Below are positions 18,499 to 27,677 of a stretch of DNA of 64,000 nucleotides, piece after piece. The notes under the pieces are model-generated. The model had not been told where the DNA came from and did not search any database. It saw only the letters and a list, made by a program, of their open reading frames with translations. Made by a program: the position numbers and the translations under genes. The stretch covers positions 8,576 to 72,575 of the forward strand of contig CAITQP010000009.1 in NCBI GenBank assembly GCA_903894565.1, given 5' to 3'. The DNA comes from an uncultured bacterium (GTDB lineage: Bacteria; Patescibacteriota; Minisyncoccia; Phycocordibacterales; UBA9973). Position 1 is the stretch's first letter. Each line of letters starts with the position of its first letter.

Positions 18499-19341
18499 TT
18501 ATTTCTTCTTTTTTCCGACGACGCGTCGTGAGACGATGAGGTGGTTTGAGTATTTCTTTGGTCCACGAGTCTTGCGACCTCCGGTGACCTTTCCCCACAT
18601 TGTCTTTGGGCGACGTGTTCCACGGCCCTGGCGTCCTTCTCCTCCTCCGTATGGGTGGTCAACTGGGTTCATGGCAGTACCACGAACTGTTGGTCGAATA
18701 CCCTTATGGCGGGAGCGTCCAGCCTTACCAATGTTTACGAGGTGATGTTCTTCGTTTGAAACTTCACCAATCGTTGCCCAGCATTTCTCAGATACCTTGC
18801 GGACTTCTGATGATGGGAGTTTGATAAGCGTGTACCCGTTGTCGTTCGCCACAACCTGAGCAAAGTTACCTGCTGAGCGGACCAATTTGGCCCCGCCAAG
18901 CGGTTTGAGCTCGATGTTGTATACGAATGTACCAACAGGGATTTTTGAGAGCGGGAGACGGTTTGGAGACGAGAGTGTTGCTTCTGCTGAAACGATGAAT
19001 GTTGCGCCTGGGCGAACAGACTTCGGTGTGAGCATGTAACGCTTCTCTCCATCCTTGTACACAACGAGTGAGATGAATGAAGTTCGGAATGGATCGTACT
19101 CAACTGAGACGACTTTCGCCGGAATTTCTTTCTTGTCAAAACTAAAGTCTACATCACGGTAGAGCTTCTTGTTTCCTCCTCCCTTGTGACGCACCGTAAT
19201 GCGTCCGAGGTTGTTGCGGCCCATATCGCGCTTGCCACCAGAGGTGAGCGCTTTATGCGGTTCAGATTTTGTGATCACGCCACGGTACGTGACTGTAGTC
19301 ATGTGACGGCGTGATGGTGTTGTCGGTGAATATTTTTTCAT
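18499..19341 (-). CDS. rplB: 50S ribosomal protein L2
   Basis: 280 aa, L2 signature GRNNLGRITVRHKGGG.. Confidence 0.95.
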   Translation of the reverse strand: MKKYSPTTPSRRHMTTVTYRGVITKSEPHKALTSGGKRDMGRNNLGRITVRHKGGGNKKLYRDVDFSFDKKEIPAKVVSVEYDPFRTSFISLVVYKDGEKRYMLTPKSVRPGATFIVSAEATLSSPNRLPLSKIPVGTFVYNIELKPLGGAKLVRSAGNFAQVVANDNGYTLIKLPSSEVRKVSEKCWATIGEVSNEEHHLVNIGKAGRSRHKGIRPTVRGTAMNPVDHPYGGGEGRQGRGTRRPKTMWGKVTGGRKTRGPKKYSNHLIVSRRVVGKKKK

Positions 19342-19383
19342 ACGCTAAAAAGATTTCGTATATCTCGAGGGTTTCCCTTCGGA

Positions 19384-19722
19384 TTACAGGACTTCGATCT
19401 TATCGCCCTTTTTCAAATAAACGTAGGCCTTTCGTCCACCTGCGGTGGTACCTACTTTGCCTCGGCGTCCGCGTGGCATGACCTTTTTCTCGGACATGTT
19501 CACGGTGCGAACAGCAACTGGAGTAACTTTGTACATCGCTTTGATAGCTTTGATGATTTCACTCTTTGTTGCATTCCCTGCAACATTGAATGTGTACACG
19601 TTCTGCTCTGAGAGCAATGCTGCTTTTTCAGTGATACGAGCATTCAAGATGATCGAACTCTTTGGAGCAACAACTTTCTCTTCTTTCTTGTCAGCTTTTT
19701 TGGTTACTTTTTTCGTTGCCAT
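19384..19722 (-). CDS. rplW: 50S ribosomal protein L23
   Basis: 112 aa with L23 C-terminal pattern and Lys-rich N-terminal tail. Confidence 0.85.
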   Translation of the reverse strand: MATKKVTKKADKKEEKVVAPKSSIILNARITEKAALLSEQNVYTFNVAGNATKSEIIKAIKAMYKVTPVAVRTVNMSEKKVMPRGRRGKVGTTAGGRKAYVYLKKGDKIEVL

Positions 19723-19725
19723 AGA

Positions 19726-20403
19726 TTACTTCTTTGATACTGTGCAGCGCTTTTCAAGCGTAGCAACACTTGCGTCAGCATCGACGAAGATGACGTACTG
19801 GTGGTTGAGAACATCAAACGTGTTGAGGTCCTTTGCGAGTGAAAGTGAAACCTGTGGGATGTTGCGGAAACTCTGTGAGAAAACTTTGTCGACAGCTGGG
19901 ATCACAACCATTGCCTTTGGAGTGCGAGCTTTTGCAAGCTTCTCAAATCCATTGATTTTGGCGAATGCCTGAACGATAGCTGCTGCGTCTTGTGTCTTTG
20001 GAGCTTTTCCAAAACCAAGTGTCTCAGTGAAGAGCACCTGACCATCTTTCATCTTTGCAGAGAGAGCGGTTGCAAGAGCTTTGCTTGCCATCTTCTTGTT
20101 GACCTTCTGTTTGTAATTCTTCTCAGCAAGAGGTCCATGAGTAACACCTCCACCTTTCCAGATTGGAGAGCGGGATGATCCGTGACGAGCACGTCCTGTT
20201 CCCTTTTGCTTCCATGGCTTCTTTCCTCCTCCACGAACTTCTGCACGTCCTTTTGTATCTGCTGTTCCAGCACGAGTGTTTGCGCGAATTGCACGAAGTA
20301 CTTGGTGAACGAGGTCGCCATTCCATGAGACTCCGAACACATTCTCTGGAAGATTGATCTCTCCTTTCTTTTCGCCTTTTGCGTTGTATGTAGGATTTTT
20401 CAT
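19726..20403 (-). CDS. rplD: 50S ribosomal protein L4
   Basis: 225 aa with the L4 family pattern. Confidence 0.9.
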   Translation of the reverse strand: MKNPTYNAKGEKKGEINLPENVFGVSWNGDLVHQVLRAIRANTRAGTADTKGRAEVRGGGKKPWKQKGTGRARHGSSRSPIWKGGGVTHGPLAEKNYKQKVNKKMASKALATALSAKMKDGQVLFTETLGFGKAPKTQDAAAIVQAFAKINGFEKLAKARTPKAMVVIPAVDKVFSQSFRNIPQVSLSLAKDLNTFDVLNHQYVIFVDADASVATLEKRCTVSKK

Positions 20404-20407
20404 ATGA

Positions 20408-21025
20408 TTACTTCATTACGATTTCGAGCATAGTACCTCGTCGACCTGGAACGGCACCACTGATGAGGAGAGTATTTGTCTCAGCATCAACAGCAAGTAC
20501 TTTCAAATTGGAAACGGTGATGCGCTCGCCACCCATGCGTCCTCCCATGCGCATTCCTTTTGGAACGCGATTACGGAGACCTCCACCGATGGATCCTGGT
20601 GCACGCTCAGAGTGTTTCTGACCGTGTGAACGAGGTCCTCCTTTGAAGTTATGACGCTTGATGACACCCTGGAAACCTTTCGCTTTTGAGATACCACTGA
20701 CAGTGACAACGTCACCTGCAGCAAATACTTCACTCGTAAATTTGTCTCCACTGTTCATCTTTCCAGCCTCATCTGCAGAAACGCGAAACTCGCGTGTCGA
20801 CATAAAAAGACCATTGTCACCGAAATGACCTTTGAGAGCCTTGGTAACATTCTTTTCTTTGCGGACTCCGTAGCCAACTTGGACTGCAGTGTATCCGTCT
20901 TTCTCCATGTTCTTGATCTGCGTAACGACGACTGGCTCAATAGCCACGATCGTTGCAGCGTGCATTTTGCCATCTTCGGCAAAATACTCGGTCATATTCT
21001 TTTTTGTTCCTAATATGAATTTCAT
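20408..21025 (-). CDS. rplC: 50S ribosomal protein L3
   Basis: 205 aa with the L3 family pattern. Confidence 0.9.
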   Translation of the reverse strand: MKFILGTKKNMTEYFAEDGKMHAATIVAIEPVVVTQIKNMEKDGYTAVQVGYGVRKEKNVTKALKGHFGDNGLFMSTREFRVSADEAGKMNSGDKFTSEVFAAGDVVTVSGISKAKGFQGVIKRHNFKGGPRSHGQKHSERAPGSIGGGLRNRVPKGMRMGGRMGGERITVSNLKVLAVDAETNTLLISGAVPGRRGTMLEIVMK

Positions 21026-21184
21026 TTTTTTCTTTTCAGCGGAACAGCTTATTACTACTGTTCATGAATTAATAATCTCCTACACATCCACAACGTGGAT
21101 GGTTTTCTACACCCCCTTGCGGGGTTGGTTTCTACACCCCCATAGGGGGTAAGAAAATTTGGTTTGAGTACAAACCTAAATTTT

Positions 21185-21538
21185 CTACATCATCTTAACA
21201 TCCACCTCGACGCCACTTGGGAGTGAGAGACTGGTGAGTGCTTCGATTGTTTTCGCACCTGGATTGAGGATATCAATCACGCGCTTGTGCACGCGAATTT
21301 CAAACTGTTCACGGGTGTTCTTGTAAATAAATGGTGAACGGTTGACCGTGTACTTTTTGATTTCCGTTGGAAGCGGTGTTGGTCCTGCGATGACTGCATC
21401 ATGACGAAGTGCTGTATCCATGATCTGCTTGACCGAGTTGTCGAGAACTTTGTTCTCGTACGCTCGAACGCGGATGCGGAGACGAACTTCACCACTTTTT
21501 GCAGCCTCAGCTGTTTTTTTTGTTTTTGTTGTAGCCAT
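21185..21538 (-). CDS. rpsJ: 30S ribosomal protein S10
   Basis: 117 aa with S10 core (IRVRAYENKVLDNSVKQI...). Confidence 0.9.
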   Translation of the reverse strand: MATTKTKKTAEAAKSGEVRLRIRVRAYENKVLDNSVKQIMDTALRHDAVIAGPTPLPTEIKKYTVNRSPFIYKNTREQFEIRVHKRVIDILNPGAKTIEALTSLSLPSGVEVDVKMM

Positions 21539-21557
21539 AATGATGAGGTTTTAGTTT

Positions 21558-21602
21558 CTCGGTTCTCGGTTCGAGCGAATGCTCGAACCGAGCCCCGAGA
21601 AC
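21558..21602 (-). promoter_or_regulatory. strong stem-loop in the tuf-rpsJ intergenic region (candidate attenuator or processing site)
   Basis: Perfect 12-bp stem ctcggttcgagc-gaat-gctcgaaccgag, with additional flanking complementarity ggttctcgg / ccgagaacc. Confidence 0.4.
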
Positions 21603-21615
21603 CTAAGAACGAGTT

Positions 21616-22815
21616 CTACGCGATGATACTGGTTACGACTCCGGCACCGACAGTCTTGCCTCCTTCGCGGATAGCGAAGCGCATTCCCTGTTCCATGGCG
21701 ACTGGAGTAACGAGCTTAACCTTGAGGGTTACTGTGTCTCCTGGCATAACCATTTCCTTTCCTTCTGGAAGCATGACATCTCCTGTCACGTCAGTTGTAC
21801 GAACGTAGAACTGAGGCTTGTATCCCTTAAAGAATGGAGTGTGACGTCCACCTTCTTCCTTCTTCAAAATGTAAACTTCACATTCGAATTCAGAGTGAGG
21901 CTTAACGGTACCCATCTTTGCGAGAACCTGTCCACGAGTAATGTCTTCTTTTTTAAGACCGCGAAGAAGGATTCCAGCGTTGTCGCCGGCGATACCTTCT
22001 TTGAGGTTCTTGTTGAACATTTCGATACCAGTGACTGTTGTCTTCTGTGTATCTTTGATTCCAACGATTTCAACTTCTTCACCAACCTTCACAACTCCAC
22101 GCTCGATACGGCCTGTAACAACAGTTCCGCGTCCTTCGATTGAGAAGATGTCTTCAACCGGCATAAGGAATGGCTTTGTGATGTCGCGTTCTGGAAGTGG
22201 GAAGTAAGTGTCGAGAGCGTTTGCGAGCTCAAGAACTTTCTGTGCCCATGGATCATTGTTGTCTGCAGACTCGAGAGCCTTGAGACCTGAACCACGGATG
22301 ACAGGACATCCTGCGCCGTCGAAGCCCTGCTTGGTGAGGAGTTCGCGGACTTCTTCTTCAACGAGCTCGATGAGATCTGGATCATCAACCATGTCGCACT
22401 TGTTGAGGAACACGATGATCTTTGGCACTCCAACCTGTTTTGCAAGGAGGATGTGTTCACGAGTCTGTGGCATAACACCGTCAGTCGCAGCAACAACGAT
22501 GATTGCTCCGTCCATTTGAGCGGCACCGGTAATCATGTTCTTGATGTAGTCGGCGTGTCCTGGAGCATCAATGTGAGCGTAGTGGCGAGTAGGAGTCTCG
22601 TACTCGTTGTGAGAGAGGGCGATCGTGATTCCACGAGCCTTTTCTTCAGGAGCCTTGTCGATATCTCCAACACCCTTAAGCTTTGCACTGTAACCATTTC
22701 CCTGACGAGCAAGAACCGTAAGGATCGCTGCTGTAAGAGTAGTTTTGCCGTGGTCAACGTGACCGATGGTTCCTACGTTGACATGGGGCTTGGAACGGTT
22801 GAATTCTTCTGCCAT
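21616..22815 (-). CDS. tuf: elongation factor Tu
   Basis: 399 aa, [22 protein letters not shown] motifs. Confidence 0.97.
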   Translation of the reverse strand: MAEEFNRSKPHVNVGTIGHVDHGKTTLTAAILTVLARQGNGYSAKLKGVGDIDKAPEEKARGITIALSHNEYETPTRHYAHIDAPGHADYIKNMITGAAQMDGAIIVVAATDGVMPQTREHILLAKQVGVPKIIVFLNKCDMVDDPDLIELVEEEVRELLTKQGFDGAGCPVIRGSGLKALESADNNDPWAQKVLELANALDTYFPLPERDITKPFLMPVEDIFSIEGRGTVVTGRIERGVVKVGEEVEIVGIKDTQKTTVTGIEMFNKNLKEGIAGDNAGILLRGLKKEDITRGQVLAKMGTVKPHSEFECEVYILKKEEGGRHTPFFKGYKPQFYVRTTDVTGDVMLPEGKEMVMPGDTVTLKVKLVTPVAMEQGMRFAIREGGKTVGAGVVTSIIA

Positions 22816-23138
22816 ATGTTTTTTGAGCTACTTATTAAAGTGAGCTTATAAAATTAAGAACTAATAATGCGCGAGCCTGCGCAAGGTTGGTTACTGGCGA
22901 GAGCAGGGGCACCAAGCTTGTCTTTGAACTATTCGTAAAAATAGCCTTGAAATGAAAGACAAAACTGCCTCTGCCACAGCCACTAACCGTTTGAAAGTCC
23001 GCACCCAGGCACGAAAAAATAGCCTGGGGAGAGCTATCGAGGTTGATATTAGCAGATTTAGGGGGTATGTCAACTGATTTTGGGTAAAAATTGACGATTT
23101 CAACGAATATAGTGTAGTATGCAACAAAATCATACAAA

Positions 23139-23537
23139 ATGAATCGAAGATTATTGTTTGCGCTCATCGGCATCGTTGCCCTTCAGTGCATGCTTGCCTG
23201 TAATAGCAAGCCCAAAAAAGATTATTCTGCTCTCCTTTCGAGGATTGAGCTGATATGTAGGGCAGATACGTCTCTCCCGCCAACTTATAGCGACGGAGAC
23301 AGCATTTTTCGCCACTATCAGGGTGGAGCGAAGACAGTTTTCTCGCTGAACCGAAATGGTGATAAAAAAACTGTAAGTACTGAGTACCCCTTGGATGATA
23401 CCGACACGGTAGAGATTACCCTTACAATGGATAATGTCTCAGGGAGCATCATGTGCTTCGACAAAGAACACGAGTTCAAATATTATCAATTATTCTCTTC
23501 GGAAGAAGCAATAGATAAACTTGAACGAATTAAGTAA
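23139..23537 (+). CDS. putative lipoprotein
   Basis: Signal peptide with lipobox-like ..QCMLAC^N, 132 aa. Confidence 0.45.
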   Translation: MNRRLLFALIGIVALQCMLACNSKPKKDYSALLSRIELICRADTSLPPTYSDGDSIFRHYQGGAKTVFSLNRNGDKKTVSTEYPLDDTDTVEITLTMDNVSGSIMCFDKEHEFKYYQLFSSEEAIDKLERIK

Positions 23538-23539
23538 CG

Positions 23540-23576
23540 CCTGTAGGCAAGAAAAAATCTGCCCACAGGTTTTTTC
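23540..23576 (+). terminator. rho-independent terminator after the lipoprotein gene
   Basis: cctgtaggcaag..ctgcccacagg hairpin followed by ttttttc. Confidence 0.5.
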
Positions 23577-23592
23577 TTGCCTATTTCATTTT

Positions 23593-23883
23593 TTAAACGA
23601 GCTGAACGCGTTTGCCGAGTGCGTGGGCGATGCGATTGAGTGTATCGAGTGAGATGCTGTGCTGACCGCTCTCGATACGGGCGATGACCGATTGTGGCAT
23701 CTTGGCCTTCTTCGCGACAGCGAGCTGAGTCATCCCCTTTTCTTTACGAACGCGTTTGATTTCCATGACGAGATTCAAGCGCATAGCTTCCTCGTTATAG
23801 GATTTGATAAAGGCCTTTGATTTTGAAGCTTTTTTGAAAACTTCGTCCACCGTATAAAATTCCAGTCCGTTGATTATTTCCAT
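23593..23883 (-). CDS. higA: HigA-like antitoxin, XRE-family HTH
   Basis: HTH segment GMTQLAVAKKAKMPQSVIARIESGQHSISLDTLNRIAHALG. Overlaps the upstream toxin gene by 10 nt. Confidence 0.65.
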   Translation of the reverse strand: MEIINGLEFYTVDEVFKKASKSKAFIKSYNEEAMRLNLVMEIKRVRKEKGMTQLAVAKKAKMPQSVIARIESGQHSISLDTLNRIAHALGKRVQLV

Positions 23884-24179
23884 ATATTTTTTAGATAATG
23901 ATATATTCGCAATGCATTTTCGATTTCTTGAGGCGGTGTTTTGGCTGTCTTTTTTATAAACACAGAAACAAAATATATCTCGTTTGATTCTATAAAAAAT
24001 AATATCCGGTAATGAAGCACAATCAGTTCACGAATCGGAAAGCGGAGCATTTTAGTGTGAACTGATTGAAAATGACCATACAATAGCGCATCGAGCGCAA
24101 GTCGAACTTTGCCTTGTTCTTTGTTTGAAAGATTATTTATAAATTCAGAAACATTTCTTAATACTTTGCTCTGGTACAT
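23874..24179 (-). CDS. higB: HigB/Gp49-like RelE/ParE superfamily toxin
   Basis: 101 aa. IRELIVLHYRILFFIESNEIYFVSVFIKKTAKTPPQEIENA matches the Gp49/HigB C-terminal pattern. Toxin-first gene order with an XRE antitoxin downstream. Confidence 0.6.
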   Translation of the reverse strand: MYQSKVLRNVSEFINNLSNKEQGKVRLALDALLYGHFQSVHTKMLRFPIRELIVLHYRILFFIESNEIYFVSVFIKKTAKTPPQEIENALRIYHYLKNIWK

Positions 24180-24341
24180 AATGAATATATCAATATTGCT
24201 ATAGTGCTGTCAATGAGCTTTATTAAGATTTACGATACCAAATCCGATATCAATTCTATGCAAAGAAATTGTCGAGGAATAGCAAAAGGCGCGCCCTCCG
24301 GGCGCGCCTTTTGCTTCTTTCATTTGTTTGTCGTCCGAACC

Positions 24342-26507
24342 TTAAGCAGTTGCTGAGCGAGCCTTTACGATTTCGTCAGCTACGTTCTTAGGGACGATAT
24401 CGTAGCGGAGGAATTCCATTGTGAATCCTGCGCGACCTTCTGTCATCGAGCGGAGGTTCGTCATGTAACCGAACATTTCCGAGAGTGGCACCACAGCTTT
24501 GACGGCTTGGTTGAGTCCACGCTGTTCCATACCTTCGATGATTCCACGCTTCGCGGAGAGTGATCCAGTGACATCTCCCATGAATTTGTCTGGAGTGACC
24601 ACTTCAACACTCATCATCGGCTCAAGGATAACAGGGCTTGCGCGTCGTGCGGCTTCTTGAACGGCCATTGAGGCTGCGATCTTGAAGGCCATTTCGTTTG
24701 AGTCCACATCGTGGTACGAACCATCCCAGAGTTCAACAGAAATATCTTCCATTTTGAATCCAGCAACAACTCCACGATCGAGACCTTCTTTGAATCCTTT
24801 TTCACAGGCTGGAATGTATTCCAAAGGAATAGCTCCTCCCTTGATTGTGTTGATGAATTCGAAGTGTTCTTCGCGCTTGGTGTTGCGTGGGAGATCTTCG
24901 ATTTCTTCCTTGGTCATTTTGACCATAGGCTTCATCTTGATCTTTACGTGACCGTAGTTTCCACGACCTCCCGTCTGCTTGATATACTTACCTTCAGCTT
25001 CTGATTCAGTCGATATCGTTTCGCGGTAAGCAACTTGTGGTTTACCAACATTCACTTCAACAGTGAACTCACGCTTGAGACGGTCAACAATGATTTCAAG
25101 GTGGAGTTCTCCCATTCCGGCGATGATTGTCTCACCTGTTTCCTGATCTGTCGAAACGCGGAATGTTGGATCTTCTTGACCGAGACGGTTAAGCGCCATA
25201 CCCATTTTTTCTTGGTCAGCCTTTGTCTTTGGCTCAATACGCATAGAGATAACTGGCTCCGGGAAGACGATACGATCGAGTGCGATTGGGTGCTCCGGCT
25301 CACAAAGAGTGTCTGAAGTGATCGCTTCTTTGAGTCCAACGGCCGCTGCGATTTCTCCAGCGAATACTTTCTTCACTTCTTCACGCTCGTTTGCGTGCAT
25401 ACGAACGATACGTCCAACACGTTCTTTGTTGCGAGTACGTGGGTTGTAAACGTATGAACCAGCAGAGAGAGTTCCTGAATACACGCGGAAGAAGATGAGC
25501 TGTCCAACGAATGGGTCAGATGCAACTTTGAACGCAAGTGCTGAGAGTGGCTCGTTGTCATTTGCTGTAATCACGACGTCCTCTTCTGTGTCAGGGTTGA
25601 TTGCATGCATTGGTGGCATGTCAGATGGTGATGGGAGGTAGTCAACGACTGAGTCGAGGACGAGTTGAACACCCTTGTTCTTGAGCGCAGTTCCCGCAAG
25701 CACTGGGAAGATTGCATTCGCGATAACCGCTTTGCGGAGCACGACTTTGAGTTCAGCAAGTGATGGCTCTTTGCCGTCGAGGTATGAGGTCATCATCGCA
25801 TCGTCGTTCGCAACGATTGCTTCGATGAGTTCTGCGCGATATTTTGCAACATCGGCCTTCATGTCTTCTGGGATGTTGTCTGAAACGACAACTTTCTCAC
25901 CCTTGTCGCCTTCGAAACGGACGGCTTTGTTTGCAAGAAGATCAATAACACCTTCGAATTTTTCTTCGAGACCGATTGGGAGGTGGAGACGAACTGCCTT
26001 CTTACTGAGACGATCAAGAATAGATGCGAATGATTTCTCAAAGTTTGCACCTGTTCGGTCGAGCTTGTTGATGAAACAGATACGAGGAACATTGGCCTCG
26101 TCGGCGTAACGCCAGTTGGTCTCAGACTGTGGCTCAACTCCGGCAACACCGTCGAAGACGACGACTGCACCGTCGAGCACGCGGAGAGAACGCTTCACTT
26201 CCACAGTGAAGTCGATGTGCCCAGGAGTGTCGATGAGGTTGAAGCGGAACTTCTTGCTCAAGTCTTTGACGTCGGGGACGTAGGTCGGTGTCCAGAAACA
26301 TGTTGTAGCAGCAGCGGTAATCGTGATTCCACGCTCACGCTCCTGTTCCATCCAGTCCATCACAGCTTCACCTTCGTGCACTTCTCCGATCTTGTGGGAG
26401 ACACCCGTATAAAAGAGCACACGCTCTGATGTCGTGGTCTTACCGGCATCGATGTGGGCAATGATACCGAAGTTTCGAACCTTATTGAGAGGATAATCGC
26501 GTTCCAT
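24342..26507 (-). CDS. fusA: elongation factor G
   Basis: 721 aa with AHIDAGKTTT and DTPGHIDF motifs. Confidence 0.97.
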   Translation of the reverse strand: MERDYPLNKVRNFGIIAHIDAGKTTTSERVLFYTGVSHKIGEVHEGEAVMDWMEQERERGITITAAATTCFWTPTYVPDVKDLSKKFRFNLIDTPGHIDFTVEVKRSLRVLDGAVVVFDGVAGVEPQSETNWRYADEANVPRICFINKLDRTGANFEKSFASILDRLSKKAVRLHLPIGLEEKFEGVIDLLANKAVRFEGDKGEKVVVSDNIPEDMKADVAKYRAELIEAIVANDDAMMTSYLDGKEPSLAELKVVLRKAVIANAIFPVLAGTALKNKGVQLVLDSVVDYLPSPSDMPPMHAINPDTEEDVVITANDNEPLSALAFKVASDPFVGQLIFFRVYSGTLSAGSYVYNPRTRNKERVGRIVRMHANEREEVKKVFAGEIAAAVGLKEAITSDTLCEPEHPIALDRIVFPEPVISMRIEPKTKADQEKMGMALNRLGQEDPTFRVSTDQETGETIIAGMGELHLEIIVDRLKREFTVEVNVGKPQVAYRETISTESEAEGKYIKQTGGRGNYGHVKIKMKPMVKMTKEEIEDLPRNTKREEHFEFINTIKGGAIPLEYIPACEKGFKEGLDRGVVAGFKMEDISVELWDGSYHDVDSNEMAFKIAASMAVQEAARRASPVILEPMMSVEVVTPDKFMGDVTGSLSAKRGIIEGMEQRGLNQAVKAVVPLSEMFGYMTNLRSMTEGRAGFTMEFLRYDIVPKNVADEIVKARSATA

Positions 26508-26607
26508 GGAATTACTTATATATAATCAATTCTAATAAAAAAAGAGACACCGAGTCCCATTTGTTCGGAAACTATACAGAAAAAGCGCTTTTTTTGCAAA
26601 TAAAAAA

Positions 26608-26636
26608 TCCCCATAAAGGGGATTTTTTAAAAATGA
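26608..26636 (-). terminator. terminator-like hairpin between rpsG and fusA (possible attenuator)
   Basis: aaaaaatccccataaaggggatttttt, plus a second small palindrome aaaaagcgcttttt at 26580-26595. Confidence 0.35.
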
Positions 26637-26644
26637 GGTGATAT

Positions 26645-27115
26645 TTACCAAGCAAGGTGAGCAAAAGCTTTGTTTGATTCTGCCATCTTCTTTGTATCGT
26701 CTCGCTTTTTGATTGCGGCACCTTCGTTGTTGAAAGCTTGCATGAGTTCGTTCGCGAGCTTCTCGGCCATTGGTTTGCCTTTGCCGCCACGTGCAGCATC
26801 GATAATCCAGCGGTATGCGAGTGCTTGTTTGCGCTCTGGGCGAACTTCGCGTGGAACCTGATAGTTTGCTCCACCAACACGGCGTGAGCGAACTTCAATT
26901 GCTGGTCCAACGTTCTTGATCGCTGCATCGAAGATTTCGAGTGGATTTTCGTTTCCAGTCTTTACCTTGATGATTTCGAGGGCGTCATAGACACACTTGC
27001 GTGATTTGTCTTTCTTTCCATCCTGCATCACGTAGTTGATGAATTTTTCAAGACGCTCTGAGCCGAACTTGATGTCTGCTCCTGGGATATTTCGTTTTTT
27101 AACTGGTCTTCGCAT
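26645..27115 (-). CDS. rpsG: 30S ribosomal protein S7
   Basis: 156 aa with the S7 family pattern. Confidence 0.95.
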   Translation of the reverse strand: MRRPVKKRNIPGADIKFGSERLEKFINYVMQDGKKDKSRKCVYDALEIIKVKTGNENPLEIFDAAIKNVGPAIEVRSRRVGGANYQVPREVRPERKQALAYRWIIDAARGGKGKPMAEKLANELMQAFNNEGAAIKKRDDTKKMAESNKAFAHLAW

Positions 27116-27135
27116 AGTAAGTAGAGATTAGAGGA

Positions 27136-27561
27136 TTATTTCTTGACGGCAGCCTTAGGCTTTTTGTTACCGTAGAGAGAGCGCGACTGGCGACGCTTCT
27201 CAACACCTGCTGCATCGAGACGTCCGCGAACGATGTGGTAACGAACTCCGATAAGGTCCTTCACGCGTCCACCACGGAGCATGACGACTGAGTGTTCTTG
27301 GAGGTTGTGTCCTTCACCTGGGATGTAGGCAGTAACTTCCATTCCGTTTGAGAGACGAACGCGGGCGATCTTTCGGAGCGCTGAGTTTGGCTTCTTTGGA
27401 GTAGTCGTTGTGACCTTTGTACATACACCACGCTTGAACGGCGCCGAATAGTAGATTGGGCGGTTCTTAAGCGCGTTAAAACCACGCGAAAGCGCAGTAG
27501 TTCGAGACTTTTGGACGACCTGTTTGCGTCCCTTTTTTGAGAGTTGATTTATTGTAGGCAT
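27136..27561 (-). CDS. rpsL: 30S ribosomal protein S12
   Basis: [13 protein letters not shown] start. Trimmed from ORF 27136..27690, whose extension runs into the repeat element. Confidence 0.95.
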   Translation of the reverse strand: MPTINQLSKKGRKQVVQKSRTTALSRGFNALKNRPIYYSAPFKRGVCTKVTTTTPKKPNSALRKIARVRLSNGMEVTAYIPGEGHNLQEHSVVMLRGGRVKDLIGVRYHIVRGRLDAAGVEKRRQSRSLYGNKKPKAAVKK

Positions 27562-27677
27562 GTAGTGATTAAAATAAAAAGCTAGGCTACACCCAGAAGC
27601 AACTCGAACAATATCTAGGGGGAACTCGCTTAGGTCAGTACTATACATAGACTCTCGAGAAAATGCAAGAGGGAGGC

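Noticed and set aside
21558-21602. tRNA-like T-arm strings (ggttcgagc / tcgaacc) in the tuf-rpsJ spacer
   Set aside because: The region is a perfect simple palindrome without acceptor/anticodon arm architecture. I found no convincing tRNA or rRNA anywhere in the window.
22089-22526. Multiple 60-145-aa ORFs antisense within tuf, fusA, rplB, rpsC and secY (e.g. 22089..22526, 25675..26109, 18735..19139, 7334..7801)
   Set aside because: They overlap highly conserved genes on the opposite strand and have low-complexity, Ser/Arg-rich translations typical of antisense frames.
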